Under the pieces are notes generated by a model, which had not been told where the DNA came from, ran no database searches, and worked only from the letters and a program-made list of their open reading frames with translations. From contig NC_043006.1 of NCBI RefSeq assembly GCF_006345805.1, positions 60,946,001 to 61,010,000 on the forward strand: DNA of 64,000 bases, given 5' to 3'. Made by a program: the position numbers and the translations under genes. Below, piece after piece: positions 13,868 through 27,455 of this stretch. The DNA comes from Octopus sinensis. Lineage: Eukaryota. The first letter of the stretch is position 1. Each line of letters starts with the position of its first letter.

Positions 13868-13935
<68 letters not shown>

Positions 13936-13936
<1 letters not shown>

Positions 13937-14488
13937 CCCTGATGCAGTACCAGGCAGAGGCTCTCATGGCTTCTGATCTTAACTGATTGGAAGTGTTATC
14001 ATGTACATTGTTTGCCTTGGTATAAAAGATGGGCTACAGGAAATATTCTGCTCAATACCACAGATTTGCATGTCAGTTGTTTGACCTTAACCAGTTGAGC
14101 ATGTTCCTTAGTGGCTGATGATATGTGCATCTCTGATCACGAGCAGAAGTAGTGGGGGAGCATCATAGCCATGTGTTGAGAGGGATTCTTTGGGGTTTGA
14201 ATAGTTCACCTCTGGAAACATGGGTGTTTCTTTCAACATCCTTAAACAACCCTTAGTCAGGGACCGTTTGAACGGGATGGGCTACTCAACCTGAAGAAAA
14301 TTCTAACTGGGCCCCACCTGCAAGGTCATGTGCTGTTTATCTTGATATGAGATCACCATGTCGCGCACATATGGTTGTGATGCATGTGTCTGGTGTACCT
14401 TTATCAGACGGGTAGTCATGATGGGTATATTGGGCTTCGTATATTTTACCCCAGTGTCACTTTGATGGCATGAACTGCTCTCTCACTC
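13936..14488 (+). mobile_element. About 550-bp non-coding repeat flanked by (TAA)n on both sides, copy 1
   Basis: Homologous to 15578-16054 (+) and 57323-57842 (-); shared end CTCTCTCACTC followed by TAA repeats. Confidence 0.85.
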
Positions 14489-14661
<173 letters not shown>

Positions 14662-15530
14662 GCAAACCCATCAGTGGTTGCGGAGCTCAGGGCTAAAAGC
14701 AGAGAGCGAAGGTTTCATCCTGGCTGCTCAAGACCAAAGCCTATCAACCCGGAACTACCAGGCCAATGTGATGAAAAATGGAGCAGACCCAAAATGCCGA
14801 TTCTGCAACGACATGATTGAAACAGTGGACCACCTAATCTCTGGATGTAAAGTATTAGCACCAGTGGAGTATAAATTAAGACATGACAGAGTTGGCCAAT
14901 ATCTCCACTGGCTAATAAGTCGGCATTACAATATCAAAACTGCCGACAAGTGGTATAATCACAACCCTGAGGCTGTAACTGAAGGAGAAAATGTAACCAT
15001 TCTGTGGGACTTTCCAGTACATACAGACCGAACCATCAAGGCCAATAAACCAGATATTGTTGTGAAAGACCAAAACAATAAAGTTTGCTTATTGATCGAC
15101 ATGAGCATCCCCTGTGATCATAATATCTCAGCGAAAGAGTTTGACAAGCTCAGAAAATATAAAGACCTACTCATTGAAATTGAGAAAATGTGGCATCTCA
15201 AGGCGGTTACAATACCAGTGATCGTAGGAGCACTAGGAATGATCAAGAAGGGAACCGAAAATTATATGAGAATGATCCCTGGCTTACCATCCCTGCAAGA
15301 AGTGCAAAAGATTGTCTTAACTGGTACATCACACGTATTGAGAAGAGCATTGTCGATGTGAGAACTGTTGCTGCTCATGCATTTTAATTTAACTTTAAAA
15401 AAAAAAAAAATTAACGAACTACTGAGTTTGGTTTAATGGCCTACCAATATACACTATGAGTTTCTTTGCCCTAGGAGTCGGGAAGACACTCGGCAAGAAA
15501 TGGAAGAAAATTTGAAAGAAGAAAAAAAAA

Positions 15531-15531
<1 letters not shown>
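14662..15531 (+). mobile_element. 5'-truncated R4/Dong-like LINE inserted in (TAA)n
   Basis: Uninterrupted C-terminal ORF plus 3' UTR; (TAA)n on both sides. Confidence 0.92.
14678..15361 (+). CDS. Open C-terminal fragment of a Dong/R4 ORF: CCHC zinc knuckle plus restriction-like endonuclease
   Basis: CRFC...HLISGC, RHD, KPDIVV, LIDMSIP, K..KY.DL and PVIVGALG; no upstream RT, so it is not expected to be a functional gene. Confidence 0.85.
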   Translation: MRSSGLKAESEGFILAAQDQSLSTRNYQANVMKNGADPKCRFCNDMIETVDHLISGCKVLAPVEYKLRHDRVGQYLHWLISRHYNIKTADKWYNHNPEAVTEGENVTILWDFPVHTDRTIKANKPDIVVKDQNNKVCLLIDMSIPCDHNISAKEFDKLRKYKDLLIEIEKMWHLKAVTIPVIVGALGMIKKGTENYMRMIPGLPSLQEVQKIVLTGTSHVLRRALSM

Positions 15532-15577
<46 letters not shown>

Positions 15578-15578
<1 letters not shown>

Positions 15579-16054
15579 TTTTCTCTGGGGATAAAAAATG
15601 GGCTACAAATATTCTGCTGAATACCACAGATTTGCTTGTCAGTTGATTGACCTCAACCAGTTGAGCATGTCCATTATTGGCTAACGATATGTGGATCACT
15701 GATCAACGGCAGAAGTATTCGGGAGCATTATAGCTATGTGCTGAGTGGAATTCTTTGGAGTTTGAATAATTCACGTCTAGAAATATGGCTGTTTCTTTCA
15801 TTATCTCTAAACAAACCTTGTTCACGGGAACTTTTGAGTGGGATGGCCTACTCGACCTGACGAAAATACTAACTGGACTCCATCTGCAATTCCCTGCGGT
15901 ATTTCTTTTGATATGCGATCACCACGTGACGCCCATATCTTTGTGATGCATATGCCTGGTGTACACTTATCAGACGGGTAGTCATGGTGGGTATATTGAG
16001 TTTTGTATATTTTATCCCAATGTCACTTTGATGGCATGCACAGCTCTCTCACTC
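15578..16054 (+). mobile_element. About 550-bp (TAA)n-embedded repeat, copy 2 (5' shortened)
   Basis: Homology to 13936-14488. Confidence 0.85.
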
Positions 16055-18202
16055 AATAATAACAACAGCAACCGAAGCAACAACAACAATAAGAAGAACA
16101 ACGACAGCAACAACAACAAAAACAACATCTGCAACAACTGTATTTTAAATGTTTCCGGAGATATTGCTCTTGGCCCTTGGAAATTCCCTCTAATAATTAA
16201 TGCTTGACTGGTTACCCCACCCCATACATGACAGTGCATCTGTGTGGGAGATTTTTTTACCGACTTTCTATGGTTTGATATATTCAAATTATACTTTTTA
16301 TTTATAACTCAAAACTTTTCTTTGTATTTCAAATTTACTCTCGAATTCTTAAATTCAAAAAACACTTTAATAATTTGTTGTTGCATCGCTTGTCACGGTC
16401 GATGTAGGTTTTGTTCATTATTATTAAGAATCATGTTCTGTAGGCATTGCATTTGTTTTTTGATATGTTGTCTGTCTTTTAAAACACTATTCTTATGTCT
16501 CATATATAGTGAAAGCTATTACTGTTCAGACCTTTGAAGTAGAATGGTCTGAAGTATGCTTTCATTTCGGTTCAAGTAAAATATCTGTAAATGTTTAAGA
16601 ATTGCTATATATAACAGTAATAAGTGACGCAAATATATATCTAAAATCTTTCTCTAAAATATAAATATTTTTTTATGATCTCTTATTCAACGTTTATATT
16701 ATTCGTAGAACAAAAAAAATTTAAGAAAATTACCTGTTTGCAAAACAAAAAGAACAAATGTCCTTTCACAGCATGGAAAACATTATTTCCATTTATTCCA
16801 TTTGTTTTGGTTAGATGGAAATCGTTCAGTCATCAATTAGGGTAAGCAGTGACCTTCTCAATGAAATCCATTCCTTATTTAATATTTGTCACTTATCAGT
16901 AAAATGGCATCAAATTTATGCATACTGAAGAACTTTGTGCAGTTACCGTATGATTTCAAACCAATTTTTAAAATCATTCGGACATTTTTGACAGATACAC
17001 AGAAAGGGATACATAGTTGAGTGAGGAAAAGCAAGATGAAGAATGACGATTTGAAGAAATACTAAACAAAAAAGAGGAAATAGATTTGAGTGAGATAGAG
17101 AGGAAACAGGAAGAGGAGAGGAGAGAGAGAGAGAAGGGAGAGGAAAGGGGAGATAGTGATGGAGAGAGGGTACTAAGTAGAAAGATGGGAGAATAAATGA
17201 AAGAACAAGATATTTTGAAGAAATATGTCTAGGAATAATTATTAAAATCTTACTTCATCTCCAGGTATCTAATGAATTTAAACTTCAAGTTACTTATGTC
17301 AGGATGTGTTATGAATTCCCAAGGTAAACACACAAATGTGTTAAAGAATATTGACACTGGAAGCTTGTAGCAATTATCTTATTACAACAAATTATGTAAA
17401 TGCTGTTAACTGGATGCAGTAAAATATATATGTTGCTGTAACCGATCACTAACGCATTGCAAAACACAAATTGCTGCAACATCATACGGTATGAGATATT
17501 GCAGATTCAATAAGCGCAACGGTGAGCATATTTGCGTCAAAGTAAATATAAATATATGCTACGACCTATGTAATATAATGACATAAAATATGATTTTTAA
17601 TCGCAAGTTGTTCTATATTATGGAACATAAAATATTAATGTAAAATGAAATCTACCATTTTTTGTTTAAGGAATTTAATACTATTTTATATAACCAGGTA
17701 TGCTACATTAAAAATCTGTCACATTATAAATATTTCAAGGAGATTGTTAATATAAAATTAATTAATTAAATATATATTAATTTGAATTGTTGCAAATATG
17801 AAAGAAATTATCAGAAGAGGGTTTTAAATTTTATTTATTAGCTTATAATTGCATAAACAGTATGGTGATTAGGAGCCGAAAGACACACATGCCGCTAGAT
17901 TTCAAACCTCATATTTCATAACCAGTGTTATATTAACACGAAATCAATAAAACGTCAGAATAGTCCGAGCGAATTTTGATGGTTCGACTACAGTTGCATA
18001 TATATATTTGCCCAAATTCAGTGCGTATTTATTTTGATACTTTTAAGGTAGCTTAAAGACATTTGGCATCTTCTTAAGCCATATAGCTAAGCCTATATAT
18101 TGCCCAGAATACTAATTTATAAATTTATAAATTTTACCTAAACCGGTTTATGACTTGCTAGCTACATGATAAAATCTATATATATTTTATCCTCCATATT
18201 AA

Positions 18203-18238
<36 letters not shown>

Positions 18239-18944
18239 CCACATAAACCATAACTTTCCACTGCTGAATTATTTGTTTTTTTCACAAGTGGCTGAAAATA
18301 AACAAAATTGATTTCCGAGTTTTAATTGTTAAATAGGTACGAATAGTTGTATTTACACTGAGAAGCCGTTGTGTTTGTGGGTTATGTGTAATTGTTCGTT
18401 TTTATGTGCACTGGGTTCTTTTGTTGTTGCCCCGTTTATTACTGTCATTTTATCATTTTAATGCCTGTCCATTGTCCGGAAATCTTTTGTCACGCATCTG
18501 TAACACTTTTCGTTTCCGTGTGTATTCTCGCTCCACTTACTCTATTTTGTTCTTCTAAGGTTTGTATCCTTATGTGCGCATGCGTTTGTGTCCTGGTTTG
18601 TGTGTGTGTGTATGTGTGTGTGTATGTATGTATGTGTCATAGTTTTTAGCAGCATTGTAGCCTTCTCCACAGGCCCAACCTCTCACCCCATTATGTTGCT
18701 GCTGTCCTAAGACCTGAGAAAAACGGAATGTACAGTTCCTGTATTTCTCTGTGTATGTATTTTCATCCACGGTGTTGTCATCGTGGTGGTTGTTGCTGTT
18801 GTTATTACCATCGTCGGTACCACCGCTGCTGTTGACCGTAGTTGTGTTATTGACATCACATGGCTGTCCATGAAGTTTCACGTGTGTGTGAGTGTTTGTG
18901 TGTGTGTATGGGTTCGCTTTATATGTATCCATGTCTTTTATATA

Positions 18945-20236
18945 TTGGATTGGCAACTAAGTTCCCGCCATTTTTTAAATTTTGGAATTTATTGCGTTTT
19001 TAAATTTTGGAATCTACTTTTTCGGGAATTCTATTATTGAATCATTTTTGAATCTATTTTGTTTTTTGTTCTAGTTAATTTTATTTTATTTTTGTTTATG
19101 TTGAGATCAATGAAATGGAATGCCAAGTTAAGAAAAGCGAGCATTTTCGACACCTCCTTCTTTTTGCTTTTAATCAAAGTTCTAAGGCCGCAAAAACTGC
19201 TCGCGACATTTGTATTGTGTATGGAGAGGGTTCATAGCTGAAAGAACCGCTCGTGGTTGGTATACCAAGTTCAAAAATGGAAATTTTGACCTCATAGACG
19301 CACCTCGTTCTGGCCGTCCCGTTGAGTTCAATGAAGAGCAATTAACACAACTTTTGCACGAAAACTCTCGTTAAGCGATAAGGGAACTGGCAGGGAAAAT
19401 GGAATGCTCCCACATTGCTATAGAGAAGCATCTTCCCTCGATAGGAAAGGTTCAGATGTATGGAACATGAGTTCCGCATGCTTTAAGTGACAACAAAAAA
19501 AATCAACGAGTCACTATTTCCGCTGGTTTGCTTGCTCGTCACCGCTCCACTCATGGAAACAAGCAACGATTTCTTTACCGAATCGTTACTGGCGACGAAA
19601 AATTGTACCTGTACGTCAATATGAAGCTGTGTAAGGAATGGCTTAGCCCTGGTAAACAAGTGACACCGCGCATGAAACAAGACCTTCATCCGCGTAAAAC
19701 GATGTTGTGCGTATGGTAGGACTGATAAAGGATTATCCATTACGAATTACTTGAACGGAACCAAGTGGTCAAATTGGAACTCAATCTTCAACAGATAGAA
19801 TGATTCAACACGGCAATTCAAGTGAAAAGACCTAATTGGCAGCATGGAGTTCTTCTGCTGCACGAAAACGCCCACCCTCATATCACCAATATGACCAAGG
19901 AAGCTATTCAAATGCATGGCTGGGAAGTGGAGCCACACGCACCGTACTCTTCTGATTTGGCACCAAAGGATTTCCACCTCTTTCGATCTCTTTGAAATGC
20001 TATGCACCGAATTTCGTTCAATACTGATGCAGAATTGAGAGCTTGTTTGGATCAATTTTTCCAGTCGAAATAGGTTGATTTCTACCAACGATGTACTGAA
20101 AATCTTGTTGAACGTTGGCAAGAAGTTGTAAACAACAAGGGTGAATACATTATTGATTAATTAGTTGCTATTTCTTTATTAAACCTTTAAAAGTATTAAA
20201 TTTAAAACAACAGCGGGAACTTAGTTGCCAACCCAA
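18945..20236 (+). mobile_element. Mariner DNA transposon relic
   Basis: 24-bp TIRs TTGGATTGGCAACTAAGTTCCCGC / GCGGGAACTTAGTTGCCAACCCAA with flanking TA; disrupted transposase 19115-20160 (PRSGRP, VTGDEK, YSSDLAPKDFHLF). Confidence 0.95.
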
Positions 20237-21017
20237 TAGTTTTATTTATTTATTTTATCTATCTCTGTCTTACATTTATCATAGGTATATGGCATATATA
20301 TTTATATATTCGTATACTTATGTATTTATTTACTCATTTATTTATCTATTTATTTTTTATACATCTATCTCTATTTCTCATAAGTATCACAGGTAAGTGC
20401 ATATATGTCTAACGTGTGAGTATTATTCTGTATATATCTGTGTATTATTTACGGGTTTTCCCCCTTCCCTCTCCCTTCACATCCCTACTGTCTTTAGTTA
20501 TGTGGTGTGGTGGTGGGTATTACTGTTCCATTCATGTTTTCTATGGATGCTCGGTCTGTCTGGTACTGTATGTAGCTTCTGTAATTTGTCTAAGTGCGAC
20601 AGTTCTATGTGTCGATCCCTTCTTTGAGCTCTCGCCAATGTCCACCTATACGCTCTCCTATGCTGCGTTAAGTCTCTCCTAGTAGATAGTTATCATGTTT
20701 CTGCACCGTCCCTCACTATATCGTAAGCTATGTACTGCATTCCTAACCTTACATTTAAACTGTGGGTTCATTCTACATACAAAACAATTGTACCTCGTAC
20801 TGGGGGACTTATCAGAAGGATAGGTATTGCAGATTTTAAAGGGGCACCAGGTTTCTTCACTACATTAATTCGTAGATTAGCCTTATTTAATTTTTTTTTC
20901 TATGATGTGCTAGTTCGCCGCCAGGGGTAGCATCAACGAACATGACACTCTGGTATTTTTGGTTGTCATACCAACAGTTGGCCTTAATACTGGTCCTTTC
21001 CGTGCTGCTTCAAGATT

Positions 21018-21316
21018 CCAGAACTTATTCTTTGTAAGCCTATATATAATTCTATCCGTCCCTTTTGCCGAAACACTAAGTTATAGGGATGTAAACACGC
21101 CAAAATCGATTGTCATGTGTGGTGGGCGAAAACACCCCAAAACACATACATACGGGCTTCTTTCAGTTTCCGCTTATCAAATCCACTCACAAGGCTTTGG
21201 TCGGCCCGGGTCTATAGTAGAAAGCACTTGCTGAAGGTGCTACACAGTGGGGCTGAATCCGGAACCACGTGGTCAGGAAGCAAGCTTCTTCCTGCACAAC
21301 CATCTCTGCGCCTATG
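21018..21316 (-). mobile_element. Family B SINE
   Basis: Reverse-complement homology to 58004-58402. Confidence 0.85.
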
Positions 21317-22820
21317 TACGTAATATATGTATACTAGTATATGAACAACTCAGCAATGAATAGCTGTTACCAATACACACAACCAATTGTTGTGACTTGT
21401 GAATAAAGCTTGTTTATTGGATCATATTGTTTTTTATATTCTTATATGAATTATGCGTACACTAACGGATTGCTGTGTGATGGAAAATGATAGAGCCTAT
21501 AAAAGTGTAGTAGCTTTGTAATGAATGTAATGAAGTTATTACCAGATGATATTAAATAATATTGACTACTATTCCATAACCAGATGATAGAGTTCAAGAA
21601 GGTCGCTAACAAAGCAACTAGACGTTTTGAGTTAAGAGAGTTCACCAGTGTTTGTTAACATGTGGTTGAATTGGTGTGTTGTTTGTATTGTCCATACACA
21701 CGACCGAGTCTGTGCAACTATTCATCTAAAGGATGAATGGAGAATTTTAAGAAGATCTTACTGTTGCGGCGGAGACCTCCGAATGATAAGTGGGCTGTTC
21801 CATTACTGATACATAGTGAACAGACACAGCAAGCAGTGTCAGTCAGCGAGGTACGCCGTACGGGTCAGTCAGTAGAACAACGAAATACATCGTCACAATG
21901 CGGGACATATCACTTACAAATCTGCACTTGTCATTAATCGATTCGTAATTGAGAATCTACTTCAGTTTCTTTTGCTCTTTATTCGAAAAATCTGGTCTTT
22001 CTAGTTTTTGCTTAAAATTTGTAGATATATGACCTAATCGACCTAGGTTGACAAATACAAATAAAGATTTATATTTAGGGTGAAAGAACATTAACTTCTG
22101 AATTAATTAGCCATAAATGTTCCCTTTTTCCTGTGCATAATTTGTACATAACATGCACGAATGTTATAGGCTAATAGTTTCGTCACTTTGTTCTTAAGGA
22201 TAAGAATATTCCGAGCAAACGTCAGTCAATCTAAAATAAATAGCTTAGCGTCCACCAGATCTTGTTAAACAGGGTCCTAAAAATTTCTCTGTGGAAGTCA
22301 AGCTCTATATAGCCAATTATGAAGTCAACCCATCATGATTTTCCATTTGGCTGTTCCATAAACACGGCAGGCGTGTTTCCCTGGTGATGTTATATGTTGT
22401 GGGAGAAGCATTTATGCAATACTTACCCTGTAGCATGTATTTGTGTATGTATGTATAAATGTATGTATGTATGTATGTATGTATGTACGTATGTATGTAT
22501 GTACGTATGCATGTATGCATGCATATGAACAGAAATAAATATATATGTATTAGCATAGGAAATAAATTATTGGTTTATTTAAATTACTTCTGTATGTACA
22601 TAAAGCAGAAAATTCACTTCGTGGTAATTATGAGCCGCATGGAAAGGAAATTGGACTATACCGTTAAAGAAAGACTGGTATATGTATATATGTATACACA
22701 GAAGAATCTTTTTTGGGGTTTGAAAATACACTTCAGCTGGAAAAACGTGTAGTTGTTTTTAGATAGATTGATTCGCATACATACCAAACTATTTTTGTTG
22801 CTTATCAATGGTAAAAATAT

Positions 22821-22877
<57 letters not shown>

Positions 22878-22892
22878 TAAATAAATAAATAA

Positions 22893-22928
<36 letters not shown>

Positions 22929-23634
22929 ACAATGTGATTTTAACAGAATTTAAAATTATAAAGTAGAAATCGGACAAACATATTTAAACGATCAAATGTT
23001 CTAAAAAATTAAATGCGTTTCGCAAGGTTAGATAATATCAAAGTAAATGTTCGGCGAATAGTGTAACAAATGTATATTATTATATGCTTGGTTGCATTGT
23101 GGTTTTACAGTATACGTGAACAAGAGAGAGAAAAAATGAGAAGAGAATATGATGTTCTTTATTGCAATTTCTGGCGTTTTACAAATTCAGGTGCTTTTTC
23201 CAGCTCCCAAAACAAATTCTATATTTTCACCTGCTTAGGCATATACTTCTTCTTTCCACACACACACATATGCGTATATATATATGCTTATATATATATA
23301 CCTATCCAAAATAGAGGCGAAAACTGATTTTCCATGTGAAAGGGTTTATAAGTATTAAAGACGTCCTTACCATGAAAACAATGGTACTCATACACAAATG
23401 AAGAATATCATACACCAATGCGGTATTGAGGACCCTCCCCTCGTGCAAGATAGTGACGTGCATATATATATATATATCACTTGATCACGTGACCGACATG
23501 ACCATCAGATGTTGCTACACATCGCTGGTCACAATGCGTTCGCATTGTTTTAGCCTTCGAATGACGCCACCCCGCTGGCTAAGCGAGCAGGCCAACAGAA
23601 GAAAGAGTGAGAGAAAGAGTTGTGAAAGAGTACA

Positions 23635-23682
<48 letters not shown>

Positions 23683-23684
<2 letters not shown>

Positions 23685-23938
23685 CAATTAAGGACAACTA
23701 CTTAATAAGGAAAACTTAACAAGAAATTGTCAGGTAGATAGCGTGAAAACCTCATAAGAGAATAAATTTCAAAAATAATTATTTCTTATTGAACATATTA
23801 ATTTATATATAGAGGGCATTATACATACATGCCAGAGAGCATTATACATACATGCCACACGCTAAGAGGGTCAATTAGTCTAGAAATGACTAATTGTCCC
23901 TCTTAGCGTGTGGCATGTATGTATAATGCCCTCTATAT

Positions 23939-23946
<8 letters not shown>
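23683..23946. mobile_element. Collapsed hairpin member of PLE family F3 in (TA)n
   Basis: Arms TATATAGAGGGCATTATACATACATGCCACACGCTAAGAGGG.CAATTAGTC around a 7-nt loop; termini and left extension homologous to 61677-62346. Confidence 0.75.
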
Positions 23947-24020
<74 letters not shown>

Positions 24021-24032
24021 ATATTATATATA

Positions 24033-24095
<63 letters not shown>

Positions 24096-25699
24096 CATAT
24101 GTATAAAGACAAGGTGAGTTTAACAGAATTTAAAATTATAAAATTATAATGTAGAAATCGGACAAACATATTTAAATGATCAAATGGTCACAATAATTGA
24201 CCGTATATATATATATATATATATGTACAAACACACAAGCATACACATATATAGATATCTGTGTGTGTGTTTTGTGTGTGTTTGCCTGTCTGTACTATAT
24301 ACATATGTAAGTATATATTTGTGCACATTCTCTTGTATATGTAAGGAGCCACCTCCTTTTCGTATTTCGCTAAATGAGTATCACCATTCATCACCGGCCA
24401 ACTGTTGAAAAATAGAAGATATTTGCTGATGTTCGGCTGAAGTAGGGGCGAAAATGTAACGACATGATTGCAAATATTTCTTAACTTTACAACCGGTTTT
24501 GAACATGCATTTCTCTAATCTGTCTTCGTTTGGTGTCATTACATTTATCACATTAGATTTTAAATTGTAATAAAGTAGGAGTCAATCAGATATAGCGAAG
24601 AAAATCAATTTTCTCTAAAAAACAATGTTAAACTTCTTTCTCAAAATTTATAACACTGCAAAGCATTTCTTTTAATCGAAGTTATTCATAAAGTTTTGCG
24701 AACGTGCTTAAATAACGTTTGTTTAGAAGAAGGAAATGACTTTGTCATATTGTATTTATAATTTGCGGTCTCTGGATAGTCACACGTAGTAATTGTGCGT
24801 GTGTACACATGTGTGCATATGGTGCACATGCGTGTGCTTTCCTATGGGTTTGTATATGTCTGCGTGTGTACGTGTGTATATATATGTAGACGAGTTGGGA
24901 GAAATTGATCGTATTATATCAGATACGCGATAAAAACAAAATTAAAAAATACCACACTCAGGACTATGAACACCACTATAAAAATAACTGCAGAATTTAT
25001 ATCTATACATTCAAGAAAAAGCACAAAATGAACACGCTCCCAGTTATAATTATATACGTGAGCACAAATATAATAAAATAAGTAGTGGTAACAAATAATA
25101 ACAGCCTCTAGCTGCTGGTGTTGATACCAATCTGGATATCTACTTTCTTAATGGCGACAAGTAGCTTTTCAAAAAGCGTCGATTCAATAAAGTAATTTTC
25201 CTTTCTTATACCACTCACCCGTAAGGTGCTGCCGATGAATTAAATTTATATCAAATGATATAATTCACATACCAACAAGCAACTAAGGAAACGGGAGGCC
25301 AACCCCTCTTCGAGTAGGTAACTCAAACTATAGAAATTTTATTTCGTAAGAACTTTAAGACAAAATATAACAATAACGATATTCTGAAAAATCGAGGAAT
25401 AAATACTGTACTTTAGATATTCACTCTAACATTCTCACTACCGATCGAGTCAAAATTTGTAAGAACGTAATTCCTGTCGTTAAATTGAGACAATTTTGAT
25501 AAGATATACCAACTATGTTAAATAATGGGTAAACAAATATCATCACAAATTAAAAGTAATTAAAAATATATTGGGTCTCTTGTGTTTGTATATAATTCTA
25601 CAAAATTTGCATAATTTGAACTTTTCTGATTAATATATACATGAATCATTGAAAATATATGAATTTCGGCCATTGTTCAATCTGTTGAAAATGACAGCT

Positions 25700-26056
25700 G
25701 AAAATATTGTAAATTTTGTTCCAGTAAAAGCTGTAGAAATACTTTTGATGTATAAGGTTGTCCCAAAAGTTCGTAGAAAGTCTTGGAAAATAATGGTCTT
25801 TATTTTGAGGAATAATTTTTGTTGTTTTTGTTAGTACTTGGCGAGTAAAAATTCAATTTTCGCAAGTGTTTACGAACTTTTGGGACAACCTAATAATATA
25901 CTTGAACTCGAAGAACAAAAGAATATATTTAAACGATCAGATTCTGCATTCGTTTGTTAACTGTTGACTACTACGTATCTCTTCACACACTCAGTTTATA
26001 CACTCCACAAGAGAGTACAAACTAGCTGTGTGTAGAGGAACGTAGTCAACCATAAT
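25700..26056 (+). repeat. Dispersed repeat with an internal 88-nt hairpin, interrupted by a MITE
   Basis: Reverse-complement copy at 33207-33430. Confidence 0.8.
25753..25893. mobile_element. 141-bp Tc1/mariner-type MITE
   Basis: TIR AGGTTGTCCCAAAAGTTCGTA / TACGAACTTTTGGGACAACCT; TA duplication supported by the empty site in the 33207-33430 paralog. Confidence 0.9.
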
Positions 26057-27070
26057 AACCAAATTACTTTAGGCTCAGCTACATCTAGTCCTAGTAAGCA
26101 ATGAAAAATACTTTGCGAAGGAATATTTTGTGGTTCGACCCGCAGTTCAGTTTAAATGATGCTTCTAAAGTGGTTCGAAAATGCTTTCAAGCCACTTCCC
26201 AATATCTAGCCTGTATCATAGAATTTTCGATAGATACACAGTTAAACTGATATATTCTACCATCTCTAATATTGCAGATATATAGCAAGATCTAATCGTA
26301 GTAAATTTAACCGTAAAACTACAATACTACAACAACTGACAGTAGGCGCCTAAATAACCGCAATGATACATCTACTGCAAATAATCAACGTATATATGTA
26401 CCCAATTCGAAAAACAGTACTATTAGTAATAGTGAAGTTATACCATTCTTCAGTTCTCATATGATCAATCCACTATAATGATTAAGAACACCTGGTCACA
26501 TAACACATCCTTGTCTAACACATCTCCTAATGCTAGTATATACCCTGTGCTTTCCATCCATTTTCATACACATACATTAGTTCCAATACAGGCTCTTTAT
26601 GATTGAGAGGCCCTTCCCATAAAGCTCACGCTTACCGAGTCCTTCAGATAACACATGGTGTCTTTCTTTGTCACAGGCCTTTGTTTGAAATATGAAGCAT
26701 ATGAAAGTTGTAAAATTGCGAACAACCTTATTATTCATAAATTCACTTTTACTGTTTAGGAAATCAGCGTATAATTTCTACTATAATCTGACAAGGCGAG
26801 ATGAGTTTAACCCAAGACACTAGGTGAGAGTCATTGATGAACATTAATATAAATTCGAAATTACTGGGATTTAGCTATCTCTAGGCTGAGAGAGACTGCC
26901 TCCTTTGTCAGTCATTAAGACAAGTGCTTATTGTAGATATGAGTTGTTTTAACTCTTATTTCTAGCACCACTGGCGTTGAGTAGTGCCCTCAGTCACTTT
27001 AGTGACGTACGTATTTCTGCCTTTCGTTTGTGAAGATGCGGAAACGCTGTCCTTTTTATTTGAGTATATA

Positions 27071-27119
<49 letters not shown>

Positions 27120-27236
27120 TATATATATGTATGTATATATACACACATAAATAGTTATGCATATATACGTATATATATTGTATATATATGTATATATATG
27201 TGTATATCTATATCTATACGGATGTATACATATATA

Positions 27237-27301
<65 letters not shown>

Positions 27302-27455
27302 CATGCATACATAGATACGTACATACATACATACATATATATATATATTTAAATTGGTAAAAACGGTAAGATAACAAAAGAAAGAAAGAGACCTCAATAT
27401 TATGTAAATAGAGGAAATTTATCTATAAAATAATGTTACAATTACTCAATAGTCA

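Noticed and set aside
14290-14400. Faint 5S rRNA-like words on the minus strand of the 550-bp element (GCAGGTGGGGCCCAGTTAG)
   Set aside because: Spacing is wrong and there is no C box; the match is too short to support a 5S-derived SINE.
16815-16850. Possible 27-nt microexon (TTAG|ATGG...TAGG|GTAAGC)
   Set aside because: Splice-like words are frequent by chance and there is no supporting neighbouring exon.
23345-23405. Minus-strand TATGA-GTACCAT...ATGGTA-AGGACGTC, an HHR-like relic
   Set aside because: Only stem II is good; the core is too degenerate and there is no stem I.
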